A stretch of 64,000 bases of DNA. It comes from an uncultured delta proteobacterium (lineage in GTDB: Bacteria; Desulfobacterota; Syntrophorhabdia; Syntrophorhabdales; WCHB1-27). Below the pieces are notes generated by a model. The model worked only from the letters and a program-made list of their open reading frames with translations, was not told the DNA's origin and made no database searches. The stretch covers positions 1-64,000 of the forward strand of contig CAWEPK010000017.1 in NCBI GenBank assembly GCA_963810935.1. The letters run 5' to 3'. Both the position numbers and the translations under genes were made by a program. This document shows positions 19,583-29,711 of the stretch, one piece after another. Numbering within the stretch: position 1 is the stretch's first letter; every line of letters starts with the position of its first letter.

Positions 19583-20475
19583 CCCCCTACCCGGCCCTTC
19601 TTCAGAAGCTCTTTGAGGCGCTGGGCGTTGAGGGTCGCGTTGGCCTTGTGGCAGTTATTGAACATGGCGTAGGTCGTTTTTGCCTGCTTGTCCGCCTCCC
19701 TTATGGCCGGGACAAACTCTTCCAGCTCCGCATCCGAATAGAGATAGTCGTACCGCATTGTCGTGGGGACGCCCTTTTTCAGCCAGTTCTCGGCATTCCT
19801 GCCGTGGAACCTGAAATACGCCGTATCGGAGGTGACTGCGGGGACGAAGGGGACGGTCGCGCTGGTCCCGTACTGTGGCTCGTCGGCAGGCACGTAGGCC
19901 AGGCCGTGCTCGCGCAAAAAAGAGAACACTGCGGGCGCCTTTGACGCACTAAGCCAGCTACCATGGCGGAACTCGACGGCAACAGGCAGCGGCGCCATAA
20001 GCTCCCGGCACAGCAAAATATAATCGAGGTTGCGCGCCTTGTAGTCGAACCACGGCGGGAACTGGAAGACAAGAAGGCCGAGCTTGCGCGCCCGGACAAG
20101 CGGCGCAAGGACATCGGCGAACCGCCGAGCGATAGGGGCCAGCATCTCCCGCTCCCGCACGTAGACCTGGCTACCCGAATCCCCCCCGGCAAGCGCCCGC
20201 AAGTCGGCAGGCAGCGTCCGGGGGTCGATAGCGTGCCCGGTCAGCGCCCCGTAGACTTTTACATGGAAAATAAAATCCCCAGGCGTCCGCGTCTCCCAAA
20301 GCCAGACGGTCTTGGGATCGGGTATCGCATAATACGTAGAATCGACCTCGACGGTATCAAAATGGCCGGCATAGTAGCGCAACCGCGCCTCGGCGTTGCG
20401 GGCAGTGGGCGGATAAAAGTCAGGGCTGGCGACAAGGGTCTTTTCAGCCCAGGAGCAAGTGCCGACGTGGACCAT
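19579..20475 (-). CDS. DUF72 family protein
   Basis: VGTCSW, VEVDSTYY, QFPP, VEFRH.SW, YFRFHGRN, FNN. Confidence 0.93.
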   Translation of the reverse strand: MVHVGTCSWAEKTLVASPDFYPPTARNAEARLRYYAGHFDTVEVDSTYYAIPDPKTVWLWETRTPGDFIFHVKVYGALTGHAIDPRTLPADLRALAGGDSGSQVYVREREMLAPIARRFADVLAPLVRARKLGLLVFQFPPWFDYKARNLDYILLCRELMAPLPVAVEFRHGSWLSASKAPAVFSFLREHGLAYVPADEPQYGTSATVPFVPAVTSDTAYFRFHGRNAENWLKKGVPTTMRYDYLYSDAELEEFVPAIREADKQAKTTYAMFNNCHKANATLNAQRLKELLKKGRVGG

Positions 20476-20695
20476 GGGGTATTATATCATGTGATATATC
20501 TAAGGCCGGGTTAATTTTGCGCTATGCGCCTGTCTCTCCGGGCCGCACGTCCTCACGTACACAAAGAGTACGCTCCGGGCGGCGGCTCCTCGATCACGGC
20601 GCCTATCATCAAAATTCCCTCCGGCCGGGGAAGGGTCAATTACACAGGTCAAGACCAAAGCAAGGCGGGAAAGGCTACGGCGGGCAGATTGCGTC

Positions 20696-21092
20696 TTATC
20701 TAGCCCAGTCCGGTATGTTTGATGGTTTGTCTTTTGCCCCTATATTGCTAAACCCACAGCTTCGGCATTCCCAAAAATCGATAGTACGATTCAGAACGTT
20801 TTGGCACTGCGGGCAATGAGCTTTATATATCTTCAATCCCCGAACCTCACTAACGCTCCAAAAAACACTGTTACTTTCAAACAGTCGCGCTTCGCCTTCT
20901 GGCTGGCCCCGACCGCCTATCGGCTCCTTTGCTGTCTTGAGTTCAAGCTCCAGTTGGGTAATTGTATTTCGTTGTGAACTAGTCAGGCTTCTGATTCTTG
21001 ATGGTCTCGTTCTGAATCTCTACCTGCCGACGTATCATGTCCCTCAGTGCAACATCAGCTATTCTTGCAAGCAGCTTATTCCAATCAAGCAT
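20696..21092 (-). CDS. Coiled-coil plus C-terminal zinc-ribbon hypothetical protein, frameshifted near 20987 (absent from the ORF track)
   Basis: SD GAGGTG then MLDWNKLLARIAD...; after a one-base shift reads ...VFWSVSEVRGLKIYKAHCPQCQNVLNRTIDFWECRSCGF...DWAR*. Confidence 0.55.
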
Positions 21093-21134
21093 AATCACCT
21101 CAATACCTGCTTAGTCTTTCTGTCAATCTTAAGT

Positions 21135-21182
21135 GGGACAGGCTGCTCTATTTCGCTCTTTCCTCAAAAAATAGCCTGTCCC
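21135..21182. repeat. REP-like inverted repeat GGGACAGGCT...AGCCTGTCCC
   Basis: 10-bp perfect arms at 21135-44 and 21173-82, followed by a T-run. Confidence 0.65.
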
Positions 21183-21232
21183 CTTTTTCAGTCCAGGCGG
21201 GGCAGGAACTGACAAAAGACGCATAGGGCCTT

Positions 21233-22123
21233 TCATCTCTCAAGCATAAATCGCGATGGGGATAACCAGGAACACAGGCCTGGAATCTGAGTAGTAAATG
21301 CTTCTCCCGCGCCGATTAAGGAGGCCACACCCTTAAGTGCTGATATGAATTGCGAAAAATGCTCAGTGGGAAGGTAAGCGAGTGGGGTACCTCTTGTCAG
21401 ATTAATGGAGTCTGTGGAACCGGCCGCGATATATCTTGCGACTTTTCCTAAAATGACAAACTGACCGTCAATGATATCTGCTGGGCTTTCGTTGGAAAAA
21501 TAGTTTAGTTGAACAGGTATAACTGCATTCAGCCCGGAACTATTTACTAAACTAGCGACCAAGTCCAGAGAGCCAGTTTGTTTCAACATTGCTAGGAATT
21601 TCCTCATCTGACTCAGCATATCTTGCTGCGCTTTGATTTGCTTCTTATCTTCGCTATTCATAAAAGAAAGGCTCAATTCGACGGTTTGTGTTACTCCTTC
21701 CATGCACGCTACCATAGGGTTTTTCTTAAGAATGCCAGAGAACTCAACGAAACTCCCAGGCGTAAGTTTTTCGACTTTAGTCTCGTCATCCAATGATGTC
21801 AACAACTTCCTTTCAATTAAACTATCTCTCAATTTTGAAAACAGAGACGTGGGCGTATATACCCGCTCTTCCGCGATTTCTTTTTGATTGGCTTTTGAAC
21901 TCTCTCGTGACGTAGTGCCTTTAATACCTAGATTCAAAAAAGCAAAAACATTTTTTATACCTACTTCTCCTGAAACATCTCTCTTGTCTGACGAATCCCC
22001 GCTTTCAGAACGTTTCACCGTCTGGAGTTGTGTAAATCCGTCTTCAACAACAGCCAGAAGGTCAAACACTATCCTCTGGTTCAAGTATATGGGTATGCTT
22101 AGCCGTCTACTCTCCATCGTCAT
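21233..22123 (-). CDS. Low-GC hypothetical protein (DUF6414-like); the true C-terminus is probably GPVFLVIPIAIYA after a one-base shift
   Basis: IPIYLNQRIVFDLLAVVEDG, TPTSLF.KLR..L, G.F..LGKV; AT-rich relative to flanks. Confidence 0.6.
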   Translation of the reverse strand: MTMESRRLSIPIYLNQRIVFDLLAVVEDGFTQLQTVKRSESGDSSDKRDVSGEVGIKNVFAFLNLGIKGTTSRESSKANQKEIAEERVYTPTSLFSKLRDSLIERKLLTSLDDETKVEKLTPGSFVEFSGILKKNPMVACMEGVTQTVELSLSFMNSEDKKQIKAQQDMLSQMRKFLAMLKQTGSLDLVASLVNSSGLNAVIPVQLNYFSNESPADIIDGQFVILGKVARYIAAGSTDSINLTRGTPLAYLPTEHFSQFISALKGVASLIGAGEAFTTQIPGLCSWLSPSRFMLER

Positions 22124-22286
22124 ACCTCCCCTTGCCCTCTACTGATGTCTATTTTCCAATGGCTTCGAATAAATAGCAAGACGATTGTTGCGGGTAATCT
22201 CAAGAGGAAACACAAGGAGCCCAAAAAAGCATTGGTTTCTGTCGACGAGAGGCGGGTGCCAATCGGACCGTCTTAAATTCGGCAAA

Positions 22287-22415
22287 CGGGGCCGGGAGAT
22301 TTTCGATGGATTTCGCGTTGCTTTCCGACGAAGCGAACCGCAGCATACGTATTGTATACGTGAGGATTCGCGCCCGAGAAAACGACGCGAAGGCCGCGAA
22401 AAGATCCCGGCCCCG
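22287..22415 (+). repeat. 129-bp palindromic REP-like repeat (family A), intact
   Basis: CGGGGCCGGGA...TCCCGGCCCCG arms; central CCGCAGCATACGTATTGTATACGTGAGGA. Confidence 0.92.
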
Positions 22416-22426
22416 CCCCCCACTAC

Positions 22427-22471
22427 TTGACCTCTTATGCCATTTGTCATATAGTATTAATGACATTGGCA
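22427..22471 (+). promoter_or_regulatory. Toxin-antitoxin promoter with an overlapping operator palindrome
   Basis: TTGACC-N17-TATAGT; inverted repeat TGCCATTTGTCAT(22438)/ATGACATTGGCA(22460) straddles the -10. Confidence 0.7.
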
Positions 22472-22482
22472 GGAGGTAACGG

Positions 22483-22932
22483 ATGACCAGGGTGGTTAGT
22501 ATTTTGGGCGGGGAAAAGGAACTTGGTAGGAAAATCCAAAACCCTATCGATTTTGACTCGCTCATAAGAAAAGGCATGCCTCCGGCTGCGCTTTATCATG
22601 TAAAAGAGACGTTCGATCTTTCTGATGAGACGATGGCGAACATTATAGGCGTGAGCCTGCGCACCGTCGCCAGGCGGCGGGCCGCGTCGAACAAGCGGCA
22701 TAAGCCGGCAGCCAGGCTGTCGCCTGTCGAGAGCGACAGGCTCTATCGCTTCGCAAGGATACTTGCTCTTGCGGAAGACGTATTCGAAAGTAGGGAAGAC
22801 GCGATTGAGTGGCTCAACAGCGGGCAATACGGGCTGGGCGGCGCCGTACCGATCAAGATGCTTCAGACGGACGCAGGCTCCCGCGAGGTCGAGGAGCTGC
22901 TTATCCGCATAGAGTACGGTGTTATTTCTTGA
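22483..22932 (+). CDS. Xre/MbcA/ParS antitoxin
   Basis: HTH region, LSP.ESDRLYRFARI..LA..VF, WL......LGG..P...L.T..G..EV..LL.RIEYG. Confidence 0.92.
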   Translation: MTRVVSILGGEKELGRKIQNPIDFDSLIRKGMPPAALYHVKETFDLSDETMANIIGVSLRTVARRRAASNKRHKPAARLSPVESDRLYRFARILALAEDVFESREDAIEWLNSGQYGLGGAVPIKMLQTDAGSREVEELLIRIEYGVIS

Positions 22933-23399
22933 CGGTCGCGTGGCGGCTGGTCAAGAAGAAACACGCGGCCGAGGCCCTCTCGGGAGAGGGCGCGCGCCTC
23001 GGCGGCGGCCGCTGGAATGAGGTGGGGATACCCGTCGTCTACGCTAGCGGGACGCTCTCCCTCGCGGTCCTTGAGTTGATTGTCCATTTTACAAGAAGAG
23101 ACATCAAGATCGCTAAATCGCTCGTTGCAGTGCCTGTCGAGATTCCGGATTCCGTATCGCAATTGGAGATTGGGCTGAAGGACTTGAAACCAGGGTGGGA
23201 CACATCGCCCCCGCCCGATTTTACGAGGGCCCTCGGGACGGAATGGGTGCGCGATGGCAAATCGGCCGTGCTCCGCGTACCTTCCGCGGTCGTTCAAAAC
23301 GAATACAATTTCGTCATCAATCCGAAGCACCGGGACTTTGCCAAAATCACCACCGGCGACGCCCGGCTGTTTTCCCTCGACGAACGGGTCTGGAAATAG
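22929..23399 (+). CDS. RES-domain toxin (NAD+ phosphorylase family)
   Basis: WRL, SGEGA...GGRWN, VYAS..LSLAVLE, LRVPSAVV..E.N..INP.H; TTG start overlaps the antitoxin stop. Confidence 0.92.
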   Translation: MTVAWRLVKKKHAAEALSGEGARLGGGRWNEVGIPVVYASGTLSLAVLELIVHFTRRDIKIAKSLVAVPVEIPDSVSQLEIGLKDLKPGWDTSPPPDFTRALGTEWVRDGKSAVLRVPSAVVQNEYNFVINPKHRDFAKITTGDARLFSLDERVWK

Positions 23400-23487
23400 C
23401 CGGGGAGCAACCCGCCCCGCCCCGCCCTTTACATCGCTCACCAATTCTGATTCACTAGGAAATCTACTACATCAGGAGGCTGTCGTT

Positions 23488-23949
23488 ATGGCGGAGTCCA
23501 AGTACGGGAAACATATTGTGAGCGATCTGAGGACGACCAGGTTCTCGCCGGAGTTCAATGCTAAGTATGCAAAATGGGCCACCAGGATATTGTGGATGGA
23601 CGACGAAGTAGTGCCGGGCGCATTCCAGATGAACTGCGCATGGTACCTGCGGCCGCCGACAGAAGAGATGCCCATGGACCACCCTCATACGCACAACACC
23701 GATGAAATCATCGGTTTTTTCGGAAGCAACCCGCAAGACCCTTACGACCTCGGCGGGGAGGTGGAATTCTGGCTGGAGGACGAGCAGCATATCATTACAA
23801 GAAGCAGCATGATATTCGTGCCCGGCGGAATGAAACACTGTCCGCTCAGGGTGAGGCGCGTCGACCGGCCCATCTTCCATTTCAGCACCGTGACGGAGGG
23901 CAGCTATACGATGCGCAACTACAAGGAGTCGGAACTGATAGGCGGCTAA
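23488..23949 (+). CDS. Conserved hypothetical protein, cupin-like
   Basis: HPHTH..DEII.F.G.NP....LGGEVEFWL, P.GM.HCP; SD AGGAGG. Confidence 0.7.
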   Translation: MAESKYGKHIVSDLRTTRFSPEFNAKYAKWATRILWMDDEVVPGAFQMNCAWYLRPPTEEMPMDHPHTHNTDEIIGFFGSNPQDPYDLGGEVEFWLEDEQHIITRSSMIFVPGGMKHCPLRVRRVDRPIFHFSTVTEGSYTMRNYKESELIGG

Positions 23950-24022
23950 AGGTACAGGAGAGGGGCGCGCCATGGCCCTATGATAAGGGGGTTTGGAAAT
24001 AGCCGGGCCTTATGAGGCGTTG

Positions 24023-24310
24023 CTAGTTCACCGCCGTCGGCGTGCCCTCTTCTCTGTCTTCTTCGCCCTCGATCTTTTGCCGTTCCGGGTACGGGACCCT
24101 GTACTTCTGCATCTGTTCCGGGGTCATGTTCAGGACCCGGTTGTTCCACTCGCTCCGGAAGTCGGCCCTTTGATCTTTCGGGACGCCCTGCTGCTTGAGC
24201 TGGTACAACTGGTCGGTCGACATTTTATTGAAGTCCATCGACTGGGCCGTGGCGGTAACGGTAAAGGCCAGGCACACTGCTACCGTAACGGCCGCGATAA
24301 TTATCTTCAT
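24023..24310 (-). CDS. Small periplasmic protein, DUF1104-like
   Basis: Signal peptide; DF.KMSTDQL...VP..QR.DF..EW..R...MTPEQ. Confidence 0.65.
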   Translation of the reverse strand: MKIIIAAVTVAVCLAFTVTATAQSMDFNKMSTDQLYQLKQQGVPKDQRADFRSEWNNRVLNMTPEQMQKYRVPYPERQKIEGEEDREEGTPTAVN

Positions 24311-24482
24311 ACTGCTTCCTCCTTCTGTCTTTCTGCTGCTGCGTAGCGGCCCGGAGGGGAACCGTTGAGCCAATGCATCCTATGTAAGTACGAACGGGGA
24401 GATTGTAAAGTCCGCCGCCGCCCGGACGCCGTATGTCTTCGCGCGGCGAACGGGGCCATACCCCTTCGGATTAAATTCATCA

Positions 24483-24518
24483 CGGGACCGGGAAAGGCGC
24501 AACAAAATCCCGGCCCCG
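24483..24518 (+). repeat. Internally deleted mini-copy of family A (terminal arms only)
   Basis: CGGGACCGGGA...ATCCCGGCCCCG. Confidence 0.6.
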
Positions 24519-24534
24519 CACCCGATATGTGAAA

Positions 24535-24663
24535 CGGGGCCGGGAGATTTTCGATGGATTTCGCGTTATTTTTCGAAGGCGAGAGCCGGAGCGTACAGTT
24601 TGTGTACGTGAGGACTCGCGCCGAGAAAAACGACGCGAAGGCCGCGAAAAGATCCCGGCCCCG
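24535..24663 (+). repeat. 129-bp palindromic REP-like repeat (family A), intact
   Basis: Near-identical arms to the 22287 copy; central GCCGGAGCGTACAGTTTGTGTACGTGAGGA. Confidence 0.92.
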
Positions 24664-24715
24664 GCCCAAATCTTGACATTTCGCGCCATATTTTGTACAG
24701 TCTATACCCACATCT

Positions 24716-24919
24716 ATGGAAAAAACTAAAAGCCGTGAAGAACTTTATCAGGAAGCCAAGGAAGCCCACACGTCACTCGACAGGCGGCTCCAGATGCTTT
24801 TGCGCAAAGCGTTCCTCTCTGAGGCCGAAGAGGTGGAAGTGCGGGTGCTGAAGAAGAAAAAGCTCTATTATAAAGACCTTATGGAAGGGCTGAGCGACAA
24901 GGGCCAGGGACCGGAATGA
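24716..24919 (+). CDS. DUF465/YdcH-like small coiled-coil protein
   Basis: H..LD..L, L...EE.E...LKKKKL..KD; promoter TTGACA-N17-TACAGT at 24673. Confidence 0.75.
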   Translation: MEKTKSREELYQEAKEAHTSLDRRLQMLLRKAFLSEAEEVEVRVLKKKKLYYKDLMEGLSDKGQGPE

Positions 24920-26607
24920 AGAAGACCGGCGGCCAGATATTCGTTGAATCCCTCAAAGCCGAGGGGGTCGATACCCTCTTCTGCTACCCCGGCGGCGCGG
25001 TCCTCAATATAACGGACGCCTTGTACGACTGCGGCATCAGGCAGGTCCTCGTCCGCCACGAGCAGGCGGCTGTCCACGCGGCAGACGGCTACGCCCGCGC
25101 CTCCGCGCGCGTCGGCGTGGCGCTGGTCACATCCGGCCCCGGCGCGACGAACACCGTCACAGCCATCGCCACCGCCTACATGGACTCGGTGCCCGTGGTC
25201 ATCTTCTCCGGCCAGGTGAACACCGCCCTTATCGGCAACGACGCCTTCCAGGAGGCCGACATCATCGGCATCACGCGCCCCTGCACGAAGCACAACTACC
25301 TTGTCAGGGACGTAGCCGATATGACGCGCATCATCAAGGAAGCCTTCTACATAGCCCGCTCCGGCAGGCCGGGCCCCGTCCTCGTCGATATACCGAAAGA
25401 CGTATCGGCGGCGCTGGCTGATTTCAAATATCCCGATAAAGTCTTCATCAGGGGCTATCAGCCGAATTACATGGGTCATCCGGGGCAGATAAAGCGGGCG
25501 ATGAAGCTGATCTCCTCTTCGAAAAAACCGGTGCTCTATACGGGCGGCGGCATCATCACGTCGAACGCTTCGAAAGAGCTGACCGCGCTTGCGGAGCGGC
25601 TGCACATCCCGGTGACGAGCACGCTCATGGGCCTGGGCGGCTTCCCCGGCGACCACCCGCAATTCCTCGGCATGCTCGGCATGCACGGCACCTATACTGC
25701 GAACATGGCCATCACCAACTCCGACGTCGTCATTGCCGTGGGTGCGCGGTTCGACGACAGGGCAACGGGCAAGGTGGACGAGTTCGCCCCGCACGCCAAG
25801 ATCATACACATCGATATAGACCCCACCTCGATCAGCAAGAACATACAGGTGGATGTACCGATAGTCGGCGACGCGAAGAACGTGCTAAAGCGGATGGTCC
25901 AGATATGCGATGAGGACAAAGAGTCGTTCGCGGGCTACAGGCACGACATAAACGACTGGCTGAAGCAGGTCGACGAATGGAAGAAGGGCTTCCCCTTAAG
26001 CTACACGAGGGACGGCACGCTCAAGCCCCAGTACGTCATCGAGCGCATCTTCGAGCTTGCAAAAGGCAAGGCCATCATCGCGACGGAAGTCGGGCAGAAC
26101 CAGATGTGGACCGCCCAGTTCTACAAGTTCCTGGTGCCCAGGCGGATCATCACGTCCGGCGGCCTAGGGACGATGGGCTACGGGTTCCCGGCGAGCATCG
26201 GCGCGCAGGCGGCTTACCCCGACGCGCTCGTCGTCGATATCGCGGGCGACGGCAGCATCCAGATGAACATCCAGGAGCTGGCAACGGCCGTGCAGTCCGG
26301 GCTCCCCGTCAAGGTCGTCATATTGAACAACGGGTGCCTCGGCATGGTGCGGCAGTGGCAGGAGCTTTTCTACCAGAAGCGGTATTCTATCTCCACCCTC
26401 GAATGCATGCCGAATTTCGTTAAGCTCGCCGAGGCGTACGGGGCGGCAGGGTACGAGATAGAGCATGAGAGCGAGGTGGACAAGGTGCTCAAAAAAGCGT
26501 TCGCCAACGGCAAGCCAACCCTCATCGACGTCCACATCAGCCCGGACGAGGGGGTCTACCCCATCGTTCCTTCCGGCGCGGCCCTCCGCGACATGCTGCT
26601 CGTATAG
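24916..26607 (+). CDS. ilvB: Acetolactate synthase large subunit
   Basis: [46 protein letters not shown]. Confidence 0.97.
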   Translation: MKKTGGQIFVESLKAEGVDTLFCYPGGAVLNITDALYDCGIRQVLVRHEQAAVHAADGYARASARVGVALVTSGPGATNTVTAIATAYMDSVPVVIFSGQVNTALIGNDAFQEADIIGITRPCTKHNYLVRDVADMTRIIKEAFYIARSGRPGPVLVDIPKDVSAALADFKYPDKVFIRGYQPNYMGHPGQIKRAMKLISSSKKPVLYTGGGIITSNASKELTALAERLHIPVTSTLMGLGGFPGDHPQFLGMLGMHGTYTANMAITNSDVVIAVGARFDDRATGKVDEFAPHAKIIHIDIDPTSISKNIQVDVPIVGDAKNVLKRMVQICDEDKESFAGYRHDINDWLKQVDEWKKGFPLSYTRDGTLKPQYVIERIFELAKGKAIIATEVGQNQMWTAQFYKFLVPRRIITSGGLGTMGYGFPASIGAQAAYPDALVVDIAGDGSIQMNIQELATAVQSGLPVKVVILNNGCLGMVRQWQELFYQKRYSISTLECMPNFVKLAEAYGAAGYEIEHESEVDKVLKKAFANGKPTLIDVHISPDEGVYPIVPSGAALRDMLLV

Positions 26608-26616
26608 GGGGAATCA

Positions 26617-27153
26617 TTGAGACATATTATCTCCGTCCTCGTTGAAAACGAATTCGGTGTGCTCGCCCGCGTAGCCGGGCTCTTTTCCGGCAGGGGTTTC
26701 AATATCGAGAGCCTCTGCGTCGGCGAGACGCAGGACCCGGAGATGTCCACGATGACCATCGTCACCACGGGCAGCGACGCGATCCTCGAACAGATCCTCA
26801 AGCACCTCAACAAGCTCATCAACGTGGTCAAGGTGACCGATTTCAAGGACGTCGAGTACGTATCGCGGGAGATGGTGCTCGTCAAGGTTAACGCGGAGGA
26901 CAGGACGAGGGAAGAGGTCCTGCGCATGATAGAGATATTCAGGGGCAGGGTGGTGGACGTTTCGCCCAGGTCATACGTTGTTGAGATAACGGGCAACGAA
27001 GACAAGGTGAAGGCGTTTCTGGCCCTGGTCAGGCCCCTCGGGATAAAAGAGCTCGTCAGGACGGGCTCCGTAGCGATGATAAGGGGCGAGAAGCCGCCCG
27101 GATCGAAAGAGAGACAATCCAAAGGAGGAAGCAATGGCGAAGGTGTACTATGA
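26617..27153 (+). CDS. ilvN: Acetolactate synthase small subunit
   Basis: [31 protein letters not shown] domain. Confidence 0.96.
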   Translation: MRHIISVLVENEFGVLARVAGLFSGRGFNIESLCVGETQDPEMSTMTIVTTGSDAILEQILKHLNKLINVVKVTDFKDVEYVSREMVLVKVNAEDRTREEVLRMIEIFRGRVVDVSPRSYVVEITGNEDKVKAFLALVRPLGIKELVRTGSVAMIRGEKPPGSKERQSKGGSNGEGVL

Positions 27154-28132
27154 CAAGGATGCGGACCTAGGCGCCCTAAAAGGCAAGAAGATAGCGATAA
27201 TCGGGTACGGGAGCCAGGGCCACGCGCAGGCGCAGAACCTGAGAGAAAGCGGCCTCGACGTTATCGTGGCCGAGCTCGAAGGCACGCCCAACTACAAGCT
27301 GGCGAAAGACCACGGCTTCAAGCCCATGACCGCAGACGCGGCCTCGCGCCAGGCGGATATAGTCCAGATACTTGCGCCGGACCAGGTCCAGGCGTTCCTT
27401 TACAAAGAGCAGATCAAGGCGAACCTGACGAAGGGCAAGACCCTCGTCTTCTCCCATGGCTTCAACATCCATTTCAACCAGATCGTCCCGCCGGCCGATA
27501 TCGACGTCATCATGGTCGCGCCCAAAGGGCCGGGCCACCTGGTAAGGCGCGAGTTCGAGAGGGGCGCAGGCGTCCCCGCGCTGATCGCCATCTATCAGGA
27601 CTTCTCGAAGAAGGCGCACAAGCTGGCCCTCGCTTACGCCAAGGGCATCGGCGCGACAAGGGCGGGCGTACTGGAGACGACGTTCCAGGAAGAGACGGAG
27701 ACGGACCTTTTCGGCGAGCAGGTAGTGCTCTGCGGCGGAGTGACCGAGCTGATCCGGGCGGGCTTCGATACCCTCGTGAACGCGGGCTACCAGCCGGAGA
27801 TCGCCTATTTCGAGTGCTGCCACGAGCTGAAGCTGATCGTTGACCTCATTTACGAGGGCGGCATAGCCAATATGCGTTACTCCATCAGCGATACCGCCGA
27901 GTACGGCGACATCACGCGCGGCCCCCGGATAATTACGAAAGAAACAAGGGCCGAGATGCGGAAGATCCTGGACGAGATACAGACGGGCGAGTTCGCAAGG
28001 GAATGGATACTCGAAAACGCGGCCAACAGGCCGGTTTACAACGCGATCGTCAGGAGGGACAAGGAGCACCTGATCGAAAAGGTCGGGGCTACCCTGCGCT
28101 CGATGATGAGCTGGATCGGGAGAAAAGGTTAA
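27134..28132 (+). CDS. ilvC: Ketol-acid reductoisomerase
   Basis: [38 protein letters not shown]. Confidence 0.98.
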   Translation: MAKVYYDKDADLGALKGKKIAIIGYGSQGHAQAQNLRESGLDVIVAELEGTPNYKLAKDHGFKPMTADAASRQADIVQILAPDQVQAFLYKEQIKANLTKGKTLVFSHGFNIHFNQIVPPADIDVIMVAPKGPGHLVRREFERGAGVPALIAIYQDFSKKAHKLALAYAKGIGATRAGVLETTFQEETETDLFGEQVVLCGGVTELIRAGFDTLVNAGYQPEIAYFECCHELKLIVDLIYEGGIANMRYSISDTAEYGDITRGPRIITKETRAEMRKILDEIQTGEFAREWILENAANRPVYNAIVRRDKEHLIEKVGATLRSMMSWIGRKG

Positions 28133-28160
28133 ATACCCTTGCTGCAAGCAGCAGGGTATT

Positions 28161-28303
28161 AAAGCAAGCGCAGCGCAGCGCCGAGCGGGGAGGCTCCGCG
28201 AGCTTTGCTCGTGGAGGGGGTGCTGAACCCCAGTAATTGCCCGCGCCGAGCGGGGTGGCTCCGGCGGCTTTGCCGACGGAGGGGGCGATGAGCCCCAATA
28301 ATG
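28161..28303 (+). repeat. Family B repeat, two tandem copies (28161-28237, 28239-28303)
   Basis: Hairpins CTCCGCGAGC-TTT-GCTCGTGGAG and CTCCGGCGGC-TTT-GCCGACGGAG. Confidence 0.85.
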
Positions 28304-28333
28304 CAGAGTGGATCGGGAGAAAGGGTTAATTTA

Positions 28334-28990
28334 ATGGCATTTCCCATAGCGAAGGAAGGACTCATTTTTGTCCTGCCATGTATTTTCCTGGCCTTCCTTT
28401 TCTATGTTCTGGGCGTCTATCCCCTCACGGGCGCTGCCGTCTTTATCTGCCTATTTTTCATCTTCTTCTTCAGGAACCCGTCGCGGCCGGGGGTGGCGGC
28501 AAGCGGGGAGATCCTGTCGCCTGCGGACGGCAAGGTCATCGGAGTGGAGGACCTCGACGAAAGCGAGTACCTGGGCGAGAGAATGAAGCGGGTGAGCATT
28601 TTCATGTCCGTCTCGAACGTCCACGTGAACCGCGCCCCGTGCGACGGTAGCATAGAGAAGATCGAGCACCGAAGCGGCAAGTTCAAGCTTGCCTTCCAGG
28701 AGGGGATAGACGTAGAAAACGAGCGTAATTATATAGTCTTCAAGAAGAACGACGAGAGGTTCCTGATCGTCCAGATAGCCGGCTTCCTCGCCCGGCGCAT
28801 AGTCTGTTACGTAAAGGAGCGCGACCGCGTCGAAAGAGGCGAGCGGGTAGGCTTGATCGCCTTCGGCTCCAGAGTGGACACCTACATGCCGACCTGTTAT
28901 ACTCCTCTTGTAGAGGTAGGCCGGCAAGTCAGGGCCGGTCTGACCGTATTAGCAAGGAAGGAGGCGGGCAATGAAGAGAAGAAATCGTAA
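28334..28990 (+). CDS. psd: Phosphatidylserine decarboxylase proenzyme
   Basis: FFRNP.R, SPADG, SIFMS..NVHVNRAP, NER, QIAG.LARRI, FGSR. Confidence 0.95.
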   Translation: MAFPIAKEGLIFVLPCIFLAFLFYVLGVYPLTGAAVFICLFFIFFFRNPSRPGVAASGEILSPADGKVIGVEDLDESEYLGERMKRVSIFMSVSNVHVNRAPCDGSIEKIEHRSGKFKLAFQEGIDVENERNYIVFKKNDERFLIVQIAGFLARRIVCYVKERDRVERGERVGLIAFGSRVDTYMPTCYTPLVEVGRQVRAGLTVLARKEAGNEEKKS

Positions 28991-29711
28991 GGGGGTCTAT
29001 CTCCTTCCGAACCTCGTCACCTCTATGAGCCTTTTCGCGGGCTTCTACGCGCTTGTCTCGACCGTCGACAAGAAATTCACGCAGGCGGCCATAGCCATAT
29101 TCGTCTCGTGCATCCTGGACGCGCTCGACGGCAGGGTTGCCCGCATGACGGGCTCCACCAGCAAATTCGGCGTGGAATACGACTCCCTGTCGGACGTGAT
29201 CGCTTTCGGCGTCGCCCCCGGCTTCCTGTTCTATATGTGGGCATTAAAGGGTTACGGCCGCTTCGGGTGGCTCGCTGCCTTCCTGTACGTGGCGTGCGGC
29301 GCCCTGCGCCTTGCGCGCTTCAACGTGCAGGCGGACACCGTTCAGAAAAAACAGTTCCTCGGCCTGCCGATACCTGCGGCCGCAGCGACGATCGCTGCTA
29401 CGGTCCTCTTTTTCGGCGAGCTGAGCATACCGCCCCAGGTAAAGAAGATCTTCGTCCCGATCCTCATGTACGGGCTTGCCTTCCTGATGGTGAGCGGGAT
29501 AAAGTACGCGAGCATGAAGGGGTCGAGCCTCTTCAAGTCGCGCCACTTCGACGCAGTAGTGCTGGCGATACTCCTGTTCGTGATCGTGCTGATCGAGCCG
29601 GCTATCATGCTGTTCGTCGCAACGATGGTCTACGCCCTTTCCGGCCCCGTTGCTTACATCTTCAAGCGGCGGGCTGTTGTGGAAGAGGTCCCTCGTTCCC
29701 AAGAAACCTGA
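28971..29711 (+). CDS. pssA: CDP-diacylglycerol--serine O-phosphatidyltransferase
   Basis: LPNLVT, DALDGRVAR, FG.EYDSLSD..AFGVAP, LRLARFN, F.GLP.P. Confidence 0.95.
   Translation: MKRRNRKGVYLLPNLVTSMSLFAGFYALVSTVDKKFTQAAIAIFVSCILDALDGRVARMTGSTSKFGVEYDSLSDVIAFGVAPGFLFYMWALKGYGRFGWLAAFLYVACGALRLARFNVQADTVQKKQFLGLPIPAAAATIAATVLFFGELSIPPQVKKIFVPILMYGLAFLMVSGIKYASMKGSSLFKSRHFDAVVLAILLFVIVLIEPAIMLFVATMVYALSGPVAYIFKRRAVVEEVPRSQET

Noticed and set aside
16842..22238. 15-bp motif AAACCAATGCTTTTT at 16842 and inverted at 22224
   Set aside because: Only two copies, low complexity, and no element or regulator can be tied to them.
16686..24700. tRNA-Gln-anchored genomic island
   Set aside because: The accessory genes lie 5' of the tRNA, no duplicated tRNA 3' end was seen, and there is no integrase.
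22200..24769. Short ORFs overlapping family A repeats (e.g. 22139-22450, 24480-24689, 24529-24729)
   Set aside because: Their similarity to each other comes from translating the repeat; no SD or domain support.
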